From an uncultured delta proteobacterium (lineage in GTDB: Bacteria > Myxococcota_A > Polyangia > Polyangiales > Polyangiaceae): a stretch of DNA of 64,000 nt. A program made the position numbers and the translations under genes. Below, in pieces: positions 9,560 through 18,773 of the stretch; the first letter of the stretch is position 1, and the number at the start of each line of letters is the position of its first letter. The stretch lies in assembly GCA_963841435.1 (NCBI GenBank), contig CAWJCS010000002.1, positions 1,120,001-1,184,000 of the forward strand. Direction: 5' to 3'. Under the pieces are notes generated by a model that saw only the letters and a list, made by a program, of their open reading frames with translations, did not search any database and was not told where the DNA came from.

Positions 9560-10647
9560 TCAGCTCGACTGACCGCTCACGCAGGTCTGGTAGTCGCCGG
9601 CTTCGCTGTCGCAGATGCCGTTGCCCATCAGCTCGCCGTCGGTGCACGCGGCATCGCCGAAGAACAGGGCGCAGTCGAGCAGGCTGGTCCACGCGGGGCC
9701 GCAGGTCGTGTCGTCCTGCTTAGCGTGGCATTCGTCGAGGCACGCCGCGCTGGCGCAGCCGAGCGCATCGGCGGCGTAGCACCAGCCGACGCAGTAGTCG
9801 TCTGCGTCGTCGTGCAGGCAGTCGCCCACGTCGAGCACGAGCGTCGCGCAGGTCGACGGCGTCACGAGATGCTCTCCGGCGCAGCTCGGGCTTTGCGCGG
9901 TGGCCCGGCAGTAAGCCAGGGTTTCGCTGTAGATGCCGCAGCGGTCCGGCAGGGACTCGCCATCAGCGATGCACGCGGTCACGCATTCGTCCTGCGCCAG
10001 ATCCGTGCAGCCCTCGGCGATCGACACCTGGCACTCGCGCTTGCAGCCGATGTGTTGGGCACAATCGGTGTACGCGAGCGTCTGCACCGCGCAGGTGCTG
10101 TTCGGGTACACCGTGTTCTGCACGCAAGCGTAGCCGCCGTCCCCGCGGCAGCCGATGTAATCCGCGTACTCGCGCAGACAGAAGTCGCCGAGCTGCCCCG
10201 TTGCAGCCGCGCAGTTGGCCTTGCACGTGAGCGTGTTCGAGGTCGTGGGTGAGCAGTCGAGGCCGTACTGAGCGTCGCAGTCTTTTTCGCAGGCCGCTTC
10301 GACCTCGTCGAGCAGATCCGCCGTCGTGCTCGCGCCACTACCGCCGCTGCCTCCGCTGCCCCCCTTGCCCGCGCTGCCGCCCGACGAGCCGCCGCTGCCT
10401 CCGCTGCTGCTCGAGCTACCGCCCTTGCCCCCCGACCCCGTGCCGCCCGTCGTTGCTGCCTCGCCCGCTTCGCCGTTGCCGCCCGAGCCGCCGCTGCTGC
10501 TCGAGCTGCCGCCGGTGCCGCTCGTTCCCCCCGTCGGGGGCGCTGCACCACCGCCGCCACCGTCCGATCCGCAGCCAGCGACGATGCCAACGGCCCCGCC
10601 GCCGATGATCAGTGAAAACAGGATTGTCGACGACCGAAGTCAGCCAT
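9560..10647 (-). CDS. Cys-rich lipoprotein with Gly/Ser-rich linker; apparent frameshift at about 10640
   Basis: An open frame runs from 10639 to 9560: LRSSTILFSLIIGGGAVGIVAGCGSDGGG, a Gly linker, then repeated C..xC...C helical Cys motifs. The GGAGGAG RBS + ATG at 10647 is out of frame by one base. The track ORF starts internally at 10123. Confidence 0.75.
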
Positions 10648-10858
10648 CGAAGCGATCTCCTCCGCAAGCGTACGTGCCGATCATCGCTTCTCTTTATTGG
10701 CGGAGGGAGACAATTCGAGTGTGGTGACGAAGGCTTGTCGGTGCCTGTCGCACCTTTCGTGTGCGGGCCCTGCATGTTCCCCCGCTCTGCCAAGGTGGCG
10801 GTTCGTGCGTGAGCATCGCTGACAATCGCCGTGAATGGGGGGGGTGCCTTAACCTGCG

Positions 10859-11419
10859 GTGTCGACGAGCCGTCACGATTGCGTGACTCAGCCCCTCGAA
10901 ATCGTCTCGGACTCCGGCGGTTCCGTCGTCGTCGGCCGGGTCGCGAGTGATGCCGTCTACTTGCGCTTCGTCGGGCACCTCTCGACTCACCTCGGCGTCG
11001 TCGCGAGCGCGCGCCTTCGCGAGCTCTTGCGGGGGGCGCGTGGCGCGTGGTGCTTTTGCGACACACAGGCTCCGCGCAGCATCGATTTTTTCGCGCGTAG
11101 CGCCGTCGTGCGCACGTTCATCTCGCACCGCGCGGAGCTGTCCAGCGTGACCATGCTCGTCGGCGGCGAGCCCGGCAGGGCGACGTCGCGGATGATCGCC
11201 TCCGTGCTTGGCCCGATTGCGAGAGCAACCGACGACGCGGACGAATTCGATCGGTTGCTCGTTCGCGTGGCGCCGCTCGCGCACGAGCAATTGCGACAAG
11301 CCGAACGGCGCATGCCACCGGCGATCCGCCTTTCGCCCCACGGTTCGTTGCGCTCCGGGCCCGCAAGCTCCGAGGCGCTCAGAACGGCCAGCGCGTCGCC
11401 CCGGCCTCGAGCACGCTGA
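10859..11419 (+). CDS. Hypothetical protein, possibly STAS/SEC14-like
   Basis: Alpha/beta pattern (VYLRFVGHL, WCFCD...SID..AR, VTMLV) reminiscent of myxobacterial STAS/SEC14-like proteins. Confidence 0.55.
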   Translation: MSTSRHDCVTQPLEIVSDSGGSVVVGRVASDAVYLRFVGHLSTHLGVVASARLRELLRGARGAWCFCDTQAPRSIDFFARSAVVRTFISHRAELSSVTMLVGGEPGRATSRMIASVLGPIARATDDADEFDRLLVRVAPLAHEQLRQAERRMPPAIRLSPHGSLRSGPASSEALRTASASPRPRAR

Positions 11420-12275
11420 CGCACTCGCTCGCGGCCCGCTGCTGCTCGGCGAGGAGCCCCTCGCCGACCCCGGCGAGCTCCGGCCCCGCGTGGCGCCGCT
11501 TGGCGCGTGACAGCACGAGCGAAGCGAGTGTCTCCTGATCACGGAGGGCGCCCAGTCGGTCCTGCAGACCCTTCAGCACCTCGATGTCGCGCTGCGCGTG
11601 GGCGCCCAGTGAAGGCGCGAGCACCTCGGTCGCGTAGCGGTACGACTTTAGCGCCACGCGCAACCGATGGAGCGCCTTGCGATCCTCGGCACGACTCGCC
11701 GCTCGAAGCCGCTCGGCCTCGAGGTAGCGCGCGGCCAGCCTGCCGAGCACGGCGGCGCGCAGGGCAGCGTCGTCGCCCAGACGTTTCAGCTGCTCGAGCG
11801 CGTCGAGCACGGTGCTCACGTCGTTCGTGAGCTCGTCGATTGCGAAACGCTCGATGCGGCGGCTCGCCCGGCGCGCGAGCTGCTCGCGACGCTCGGCGAG
11901 CGGCTCGAGAGCCGCGCCGAGCTCGGCGTGCTGACCGGCGAGCGTGGTCGCCCCGTCGAGCAGCACGTCGAGGTCACGCAGCTTCGACAATCCCCCGAGT
12001 AGCTTCTCGAGCTTCTGCATCCGCTTCGTGGCAGGAGGCGGAGCAGCGACACCCGCGAGCTCGAGCGCGGCGAGCAGGCGTCGCGTTGCGACGCGCAGTC
12101 GATGCACGCGCCCCTTCGAGAGCTCGTCGGTTCGCGTGAGCTCGGTGTGCAGCGTCTCGAGGCGCTTGCCGAGCCCCGCTTGGAGCGTCGCCGTGGGCGA
12201 GGCCGTCTCGACGACCGCCCGGCGCTGACGCTTTGCGGGGGCTTTCGCCAAGGTCTTCTTCGCGCGCGAGGCCAT
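11379..12275 (-). CDS. CHAD domain protein (polyphosphate-binding family)
   Basis: VHRLRVATRRL, LSKLRDLDV, LHRLRVALKSYRYATE, LQDRLGALRD; start ATG at 12275 (MASRAKK). Confidence 0.88.
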   Translation of the reverse strand: MASRAKKTLAKAPAKRQRRAVVETASPTATLQAGLGKRLETLHTELTRTDELSKGRVHRLRVATRRLLAALELAGVAAPPPATKRMQKLEKLLGGLSKLRDLDVLLDGATTLAGQHAELGAALEPLAERREQLARRASRRIERFAIDELTNDVSTVLDALEQLKRLGDDAALRAAVLGRLAARYLEAERLRAASRAEDRKALHRLRVALKSYRYATEVLAPSLGAHAQRDIEVLKGLQDRLGALRDQETLASLVLSRAKRRHAGPELAGVGEGLLAEQQRAASECVSVLEAGATRWPF

Positions 12276-12344
12276 GCCCACGCCGACCGATAACACGGCA
12301 GCCGTGCGCACGCCGCCCCGCTGGCCCCGCGCCCAGATGGAGAC

Positions 12345-12650
12345 ATGACTAGGGAGTTGGCCGACCCCAGGGTGCTCATCGGGTTTCTGCTCGTTCGCCT
12401 CGGCGGCGCCCCCGCCGAGGTCTCGTGCGTCGCCGTCCGACCCGAGGTCCGGTATGGAAACCTCGGCTACGACCACATCGTGCACCTCGCGAGTCAGTGC
12501 GAGGCGCCGGTAACGTGCACGGTTTCGACCGACGTGAGCCCCACGCCCATCGAAGTGGACCTCGCGCCCCGCGAGCGACAGGAGGTTCTCACGTTTCGCG
12601 GCTCGCCCGCCCGCGAGTTCACGCCGCAGGTGAGGTGCCGCAGCCGCTGA
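12345..12650 (+). CDS. Small secreted Cys-containing hypothetical protein
   Basis: GGAG RBS, hydrophobic N-terminus, four Cys, GYDHIVHL...C...C.VSTD...GSPAREF motif. Confidence 0.7.
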   Translation: MTRELADPRVLIGFLLVRLGGAPAEVSCVAVRPEVRYGNLGYDHIVHLASQCEAPVTCTVSTDVSPTPIEVDLAPRERQEVLTFRGSPAREFTPQVRCRSR

Positions 12651-12704
12651 AGCCCCGTCGCGTTGCTCCGGAACCTTCCCGCCTCCCCGGTGTCGGGTGC
12701 GGGA

Positions 12705-13943
12705 ATGGCACACGACCTCATCGAGCTCGCGAGGGACCACGCGACGGGTACGCGGTTCGAACGAGCGGCGCTCGAGCATTTGGCCCACACGATCGGCTGT
12801 GAGGTCGCCTTCTTCTCGCTGCGCGGGCACGAAGACACGCCGACGACGCTCGGCATGCCCGAGGGCCTCGTCGCGAGGGCCGTTGCGTCCTTTGAGCGCT
12901 ATGGTCGCGAGCTCTTGCCGGTCAAGCGCCGCGCACTCGCGCGGCGTGGCGTTGCGGTGGACACCGACGTTCTCGGGACGCGTGGCGTCGAGCGGCTCGG
13001 CTACCACCGCGAGCTCGCGCGCCGTGTGGGCGGGCGCCATTCACTGCTCGCGTACCCGTCGTTCGGCGGGCGCGTCATGGGGGTCGTCATGCTCGGACGC
13101 ACGGGGAGCGCCTTTTCGGAGCGCGACGTCGAGCGCATGGAAGAGGAGCTGTCGGCGCTCGGCGTGGCGCGTGCGGCGTTCGGCCTGCCCGTCGTGCCCG
13201 ATCCACTCCCGCCGTCAGCAGCGACTCGCTTCCTCGATCGCCTGGGCTTTCCGCCGCGGCCCGTCGAAGTGGCGCGCGTGACGGCGCGCGGCAACACCAT
13301 CTCCGTTCGGGACATAGCCGGCGAGCGCCGCATGATCGCGGCGAGCGGACGCTCGGAGCTCGTGTGGACCCGGGCCAAACTGTCGGACCCCAGCGAGTCG
13401 GGCTGGCCCTACGTCAACCTTTTCCACGTGGCGGCCGCGCTCGCCAAGCGCCGGCGGCGCGCGTTGTTCGTGGGTGGCGGCGGCGGCGTGGCGCTGCACC
13501 AGTTCGCGAGCCGCTACCCCGGAATCGAGCTCGACCTCGCCGAGATCGACCCCCGGGTCGTCGAGCTCGCGCGTGCCCACTACGCGCTCGATTCCGTGCC
13601 CGGGCTCACCGTGCACGTCATCGACGGCGCCGACCTCGTCGAGCAGGCGTCCGCGGCGCGCTGGGACGTGATCGTCGTCGATGCGTACGACGCTGGCAGC
13701 GTCGCCGAGCGGCTCGCCGGCCGCCGCTTCTTCCGCGCCGCACGCCGCGCGCTCTTCCGGGGAGGAACGCTCGCCTTGAACCTCATCGGCACGCTCGACG
13801 GGCAGGGGGAGCTACCCGGAGTGGTCGAGAGCCTGCGTGGCGCCATCGGGCCCGTGCGCGTCGTCCCCGTCGTCGAGCCCTCGCTACCGTTCGCCGCGAA
13901 CGCGCTCCGCAACCTGGTGCTCGTGGCGGTCGCCGAGCGGTGA
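12705..13943 (+). CDS. GAF-like domain fused to a spermidine-synthase-like SAM-dependent methyltransferase domain
   Basis: N-terminus ends in a GAF-type segment, VMGVVMLGRTGSAFSERDV. C-terminus has ALFVGGGGG, AEIDPRVVELARAHY, DG, WDVIVVDAY, GGTLALN. Confidence 0.75.
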   Translation: MAHDLIELARDHATGTRFERAALEHLAHTIGCEVAFFSLRGHEDTPTTLGMPEGLVARAVASFERYGRELLPVKRRALARRGVAVDTDVLGTRGVERLGYHRELARRVGGRHSLLAYPSFGGRVMGVVMLGRTGSAFSERDVERMEEELSALGVARAAFGLPVVPDPLPPSAATRFLDRLGFPPRPVEVARVTARGNTISVRDIAGERRMIAASGRSELVWTRAKLSDPSESGWPYVNLFHVAAALAKRRRRALFVGGGGGVALHQFASRYPGIELDLAEIDPRVVELARAHYALDSVPGLTVHVIDGADLVEQASAARWDVIVVDAYDAGSVAERLAGRRFFRAARRALFRGGTLALNLIGTLDGQGELPGVVESLRGAIGPVRVVPVVEPSLPFAANALRNLVLVAVAER

Positions 13944-13964
13944 GGCGCGCTCGGCGCAGAAACG

Positions 13965-14762
13965 TCAGCGCGACGACACCGTGCTCTCGATGGCGATCCC
14001 CGTCACGCCGAGTCGCCGCTCGACGCTCCGCGCAAGCGCTCGCGTCATGCTCGGCTCGCTGAAGCCGGGTCCGTAGAGCTCACCGTCGATGAGGAACGCG
14101 GGAACGGCGGCTCGGCCGGTCAGCCGCACGAGCTCGCCGCGTGCCGTCTCGTCGCGATCGATGTCGCGCTCGGTTGGCGAGAGTCCGTTCGCTTGGAGGA
14201 ATGCGCGGGCTCGCGTGCACACGCGACACCAGCTCGCCGAGAACATGACGATCGAGGTCGCCTGCAGCGCTGCTCGAAGCTCGGCTGGTGTCGGCGGCTT
14301 TTTTACCTCGCGCACGGACGGCGCCGCACCCCCGTCCGCCCGCTCGCCGCTCGCTGCCGGCGCCTCGGGCTCGACGCTCGGCGCTGCGCTTTCGGATTCG
14401 GCCGGAGGCAGTAGCGTGGACGGCTCGGGCGTTTCGCGAGCCGGAGCAGCCCCTTCGGCGACCTCTTCGGGCTCGTCGGTCGGGACGGCGCCCGCGGTCG
14501 GTTCGCCGAGCGCCGGTTGCGATTGTTTCGTCTCGCTCGGACCGGGCGCGCTCCGCTCGGTCGTTGCGACTGCCGGGCGGTGTCTGACGAGCGCCGTGGC
14601 ACCCGCAGCGGCTGCGAGCGCGAACAGGCAAAGGCCCAGGAAAAGGCCCCAGCGCCGATTGCCCTCCGCGCGCAGGCTGTCGCGACACAGGACGCAATGC
14701 CCGTCCGGCCCCACCGCTAGGCCATGCACCTCGCACCGCACGTCGCGAACTATAGGCTCCAT
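13965..14762 (-). CDS. Membrane-anchored glutaredoxin-family protein with N-terminal Cys/His motif
   Basis: C-terminal MFSASWCRVC...DID...VPAFLIDG...GFS; N-terminal CEVH-x9-CVLC, then a TM helix and a Pro/Ala/Glu linker. Confidence 0.82.
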   Translation of the reverse strand: MEPIVRDVRCEVHGLAVGPDGHCVLCRDSLRAEGNRRWGLFLGLCLFALAAAAGATALVRHRPAVATTERSAPGPSETKQSQPALGEPTAGAVPTDEPEEVAEGAAPARETPEPSTLLPPAESESAAPSVEPEAPAASGERADGGAAPSVREVKKPPTPAELRAALQATSIVMFSASWCRVCTRARAFLQANGLSPTERDIDRDETARGELVRLTGRAAVPAFLIDGELYGPGFSEPSMTRALARSVERRLGVTGIAIESTVSSR

Positions 14763-15311
14763 CGTGCCTCGACCGCACGGGCCCGCTGCTCCCGCGCGAC
14801 AACGGCCCGCCCCCTCGCTCCGTTCGCGCGAGTGTTGCCGCGCGGCACAGCGGTTCTGGGGCGCGATCCGCCCGTCATGGTGAGCGCTTCGAAAAATACC
14901 GAACAGCCGGAAATCATGCCGCAGGCAGATGGCATGCATCTTGAGCCCCGGGGGAAACGAGCTCGATGGTCGAAATCGCACCGCATCGGCTTGCCGAAGC
15001 CGCCGTTTACTTCGAGCTCGATTTTGGCTCGCAGCGCGTGCCGCTCGTGACGCACGGGCCGTTCGAGATCCGCCCTGGGTCCGTCCAGGTTCTCACACTG
15101 CTCGACCGCACCGAGGTGAGGACGGCGACGCAGTGCGACAACGACATGCGCCGACACACGGCGTTGCTCCTCGCGGCACAGAGCCGCTCGGCGCGACGCT
15201 CGCGTGATCACCACGTGACGCGCTCTGGGTCGTCCCGTCGCGTCACGATGTGCTCTCGCCGCGTACCAACAACTACATCGCGAGCGCGCGCGACTTCGGC
15301 GATCATGTCGA

Positions 15312-16112
15312 GTGAAGTACCCGGTGCAAAGCCGAACTCTCGCCAGCGTGCGCGCGTCGCGCACGCAGATCATCGTCGCTTGCTGTGCGCTCGCGCTCGC
15401 CGCGCTCGAGGGCAACGAGCCGTCCTGGCCCACGCTTTCGCGGGAGCACGCGGAGAGCCACGCCGGCGCGCTGTCGCTCCGGCGATCGACCGTCGACACG
15501 AAAGCTCCGCTCGGTCCGGAAGACCAGCTCGTGCGCGACCAGCCCTTCTGCGTGGCCTCGAGCATGAAGTCCGCGGGCACGCTGGGCGAGGTCGTGCTCT
15601 ACCGTTACGAGCGTCACGGAGATGCGCTCGACGTTGGCTACTTCGTGTACTGGAGCACGGAGCGTCCCTGGGGCGACAACGAGCTCACGCGCAGGGTGCT
15701 CCCGGCGCTCGCCATCGACGCGGTGTACAGTCACCTGCTCTTCGTGCTGCCCGGTATCCAGCGGGTGCTCTACGGGCCCGGTGACATCGAGGGCGCGCTC
15801 GTCCACTACCGGATCGAAGGGGACAGGCTCGTTGCCGAGCGAGCGCGCGCCGACGACGAATCGCACGCGCCCGTGCGGCTTTCCGCGCGCGAGGTCAGCG
15901 CTTCCGACGGCAGCGTCGTGTTGCTCACCGAGGCCTGGAGCCACCAGCTCGGCGGCCACGATGCCGCTCGGCGTGCGCCCGGGAGCGAGCGCGCGTGCTT
16001 CGGTGGCGAGAGCCTCGTTCCCATGACGGCCTCCGTGGCGAAGGCGTTTCGTCTCGGCACGTCCGAGAAGCCGCATCGCGCGCGACCTGCCTGGCGTTCG
16101 AGCGTCGATTAG
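15312..16112 (+). CDS. Hypothetical secreted protein
   Basis: Hydrophobic N-terminus; globular segment GYFVYW...GDIEGALVHY...TEAWSHQLG. Confidence 0.65.
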   Translation: MKYPVQSRTLASVRASRTQIIVACCALALAALEGNEPSWPTLSREHAESHAGALSLRRSTVDTKAPLGPEDQLVRDQPFCVASSMKSAGTLGEVVLYRYERHGDALDVGYFVYWSTERPWGDNELTRRVLPALAIDAVYSHLLFVLPGIQRVLYGPGDIEGALVHYRIEGDRLVAERARADDESHAPVRLSAREVSASDGSVVLLTEAWSHQLGGHDAARRAPGSERACFGGESLVPMTASVAKAFRLGTSEKPHRARPAWRSSVD

Positions 16113-16233
16113 GGGTCACGCTTCGGGGGCCGGTGTTCGAGCGCTCTTGCGCTCGAGATCGGGCCGGTACCCGAGCTCGTGGTCGAGCGCGTCGCGTGAC
16201 CAGAGCGGCGCGTCGTTTGGGCTGGCCCGGCGC

Positions 16234-16500
16234 CTAGCGCCGCACGTTTTGCCGCACGCGCGCGTACGCCGGAACGAGCGGGCGTGGGAACAGGGTTTCC
16301 ACGAGGTCGGCGAAGAAGTCGCGAATTGGCGTGCCTCGCCTGGGCTTCTTCGCCGGCGCGGGCGGGATGCGCTGGTACAGCACTCGAATGGCTTCTGCCT
16401 CACCGCAGACTTCCGGCGCCGCCTCGTCGTGAATCTCGGGCGCGCTCGCCGCGATCGACGGGCCAAATGCGAACAGCGCGGGAATTGCGTAGTGCTTCAC
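16234..16500 (-). CDS. Small hypothetical protein with possible signal peptide
   Basis: GTG start after AAAGGT; sequence begins KHYAIPALFAFGPSIAASA. Confidence 0.45.
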   Translation of the reverse strand: MKHYAIPALFAFGPSIAASAPEIHDEAAPEVCGEAEAIRVLYQRIPPAPAKKPRRGTPIRDFFADLVETLFPRPLVPAYARVRQNVRR

Positions 16501-16821
16501 GACGGACCTACCTTTCAACCTCTACGGACGCTTCCACGGGCGGCTTCAGACACCCAAAGCAGGCATCGGTCTGCCGGAGCGACTCTGCGGAACGAGCGCG
16601 CGGAACAGGGGCAGTGCGCGCCAACGAAAAGCTCAACGACGCGCACCTTCATAAGGTGGTGCTTCGCTCGACCTTGCGCAAGAGCTGAGATGAGCATTTA
16701 CGCAAGGCTCATTGACGTTTGCGAATGTGTGCTTGTGTGTCGAGGTGGGTTTCGCACTCCCTCGCCGCGCTATTCGCAGGCGTCTGTTGTTTCCAGGGCT
16801 CCTTGGGCATACTCCGCGGCC

Positions 16822-18159
16822 ATGAAGGAGCTCCAAATCTCGGGATCGTTGAGGCACCTGGCAAGCGTGGGTATCCTCGCCGCAGGCTGTGGCGCGCCGC
16901 AGCCTGCGGAAAGTCCGCCGCCCGTGCCCCCCGAGGTGGGGCCGCCCGCTCCCGTGCTCGCGCCGACGGCGACCGCTGCGCCAGCACCTGCGGTTCCCGC
17001 GGCCGCACCCCTGGCGGGCTCCATCGCCGTCGCCGTGAGCGTGACGAACACGGCCGCGGTGCCGCACGTGCGGGAAACCGTCGCGCTTTCCGCGCTCGAG
17101 CTCGAGAAAGTGGCACCCGGGCTCGAGCTCGACAAGACGCTCGTCGCTGACGCCCAGGGCAACGAAGTGCTCTCGCAGGTCGTGCACGGTGTCGACGGCG
17201 CTCCGGGCGAGCTCGTGTTCCAGACCGACCTCGCGCCGAGCGCGCAGCAAAGCTTCACGGTGCGCATCGGGGAGCGCAAGCCCGCGAAGGCCGGCGACTA
17301 CAAGGTCTACGGTCGCTTCGTGCGCGAGCGGCACGACGACTTTGCCTGGGAAAACGATTTGGTGGCGCACCGCATGTACGGGCCCGACCTGGAGACCACC
17401 AAGAAGGAGCCGCTCGTCTCGAGCGGTATCGACGTGTGGGCGAAGCGCGTTCCACGTCTGCTCGTCAACGAGTGGTACATGACCGACGACTATCATGAGG
17501 ACCACGGCGACGGCGCCGACTTCTATTCCGTCGGCAAGACGCGGGGCTGCGGCGGGCTCGGCATCTGGTCACGCGACAAGCTCATGGTCTCGAGAAACTT
17601 CGTGACCTCGCGCGTGCTCGCGAACGGCCCCCTTCGCCTGGTGTTCGAGCTCGACTACGCCCCCTGGGACGCCGGCGGCACCAAGGTGAGCGAAACCAAG
17701 CGCGTGACGCTCGACGCGGGGACGTTTTTCAATCGCTTCGAGAGCACGTTCACCACCAAGCGCTCACCGCTCAACGTCGCGATCGGCATCTCGAAGCACC
17801 CCGGCGGCGCCGTTCAGATCGACGCCGCGACCGCGTCGATGCGCGTCTGGGAGCCGGTTGACGGCGGCAAGAGCGGCGCTCTCGGCTGCGCCATCGTCCT
17901 CGCACCGGGCAGCACGGGCACCGAAAAGCAGACCGACGACACCTTCCTCCTCGTTACGCAAGCCAAGCCGAAAGAGGCTCTTCGCTACTACGTGGGCTCC
18001 ACGTGGGATCGCGCGGGACACGTCACGAGCGCCGACGCCTGGGCCGGGGAAGTGAAGAAGCTCGCGGCACGCATCGCCGCGCCGCCGCGCGTCGAGCTCA
18101 AGGCGGGGCCCGCGGCTGGGGCAGCGCCGGCCGCGCCGCCGGCCGCGGCCACTCACTAG
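16822..18159 (+). CDS. DUF4861 family lipoprotein (family often found in polysaccharide-utilisation loci)
   Basis: Lipobox AAGC; Pro/Ala linker; ERHDDFAWEND...RMYGP, SGIDVWAKR, YHEDHGDGADFYSVGKTRGCGG, ANGPLR..FELDY, YYVGSTWD. Confidence 0.88.
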   Translation: MKELQISGSLRHLASVGILAAGCGAPQPAESPPPVPPEVGPPAPVLAPTATAAPAPAVPAAAPLAGSIAVAVSVTNTAAVPHVRETVALSALELEKVAPGLELDKTLVADAQGNEVLSQVVHGVDGAPGELVFQTDLAPSAQQSFTVRIGERKPAKAGDYKVYGRFVRERHDDFAWENDLVAHRMYGPDLETTKKEPLVSSGIDVWAKRVPRLLVNEWYMTDDYHEDHGDGADFYSVGKTRGCGGLGIWSRDKLMVSRNFVTSRVLANGPLRLVFELDYAPWDAGGTKVSETKRVTLDAGTFFNRFESTFTTKRSPLNVAIGISKHPGGAVQIDAATASMRVWEPVDGGKSGALGCAIVLAPGSTGTEKQTDDTFLLVTQAKPKEALRYYVGSTWDRAGHVTSADAWAGEVKKLAARIAAPPRVELKAGPAAGAAPAAPPAAATH

Positions 18160-18178
18160 CTCGGCGAGCGGAGGATCG

Positions 18179-18742
18179 GTGCCTCCATCGACGACCCGAT
18201 CTCGGCAGCGGGGGTCACCTCCGCCGCAGGAAAAGAGCAAAGCCCCGAGCTCCCCCGAGCCCACCTTTCACGAGGTGATGGAGCGCGAGGGCACGCCGCG
18301 CAGCAAGGCAGGCCGACCGCGTGTGCCGCCCCCGAAAAGACACGACCCGGTTCCGTTCGTGCGAGCGGCGCCGAGCTTTCACGTCGAGCACAGCGAGGAC
18401 TGGGTCGAGGGATACCGCAGCGACGCGCCCGCGAGCCTTCGCGCGCGGCTGCGCGCCGCACCGGCCGCATCGCTCGATCTTCACGGCCTCACGACGGCCG
18501 TGGCGCGGCGCCGCCTCGTGGAGTTCGTGAGCGAAAGCTACCGCGCTTCGCACGAGCTCGTGCTCGTCATCGTCGGCAAGGGGCGGCACTCGCCGGGTGG
18601 CGCGCCCGTGCTTCGCGACGCGCTCGCGAGCTGGCTCACGAGCGGTGCCACGGCGGGTTGCGTCCTCGGGTTCCGCACGGCACCTCCCGCGCTCGGCGGG
18701 GCGGGCGGCGTGCTCGTGCTTCTATCGCGCCCGAAGCGCTAG
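18179..18742 (+). CDS. Smr (small MutS-related) domain protein
   Basis: LDLHGLT, VLVIVGKGRHS, VLR...WL, GGAGGVLVLL. Confidence 0.88.
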   Translation: MPPSTTRSRQRGSPPPQEKSKAPSSPEPTFHEVMEREGTPRSKAGRPRVPPPKRHDPVPFVRAAPSFHVEHSEDWVEGYRSDAPASLRARLRAAPAASLDLHGLTTAVARRRLVEFVSESYRASHELVLVIVGKGRHSPGGAPVLRDALASWLTSGATAGCVLGFRTAPPALGGAGGVLVLLSRPKR

Positions 18743-18773
18743 CTCCTCGCGTGCCCCCTCGACATCCCCACGA

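Noticed and set aside
14900..15300. Possible small CDS (MVEIAPHRLAEAAVYFELDFG...)
   Set aside because: The first ~75 codons look protein-like, but the frame runs deep into the next gene and the start and stop are unclear; it cannot be delimited.
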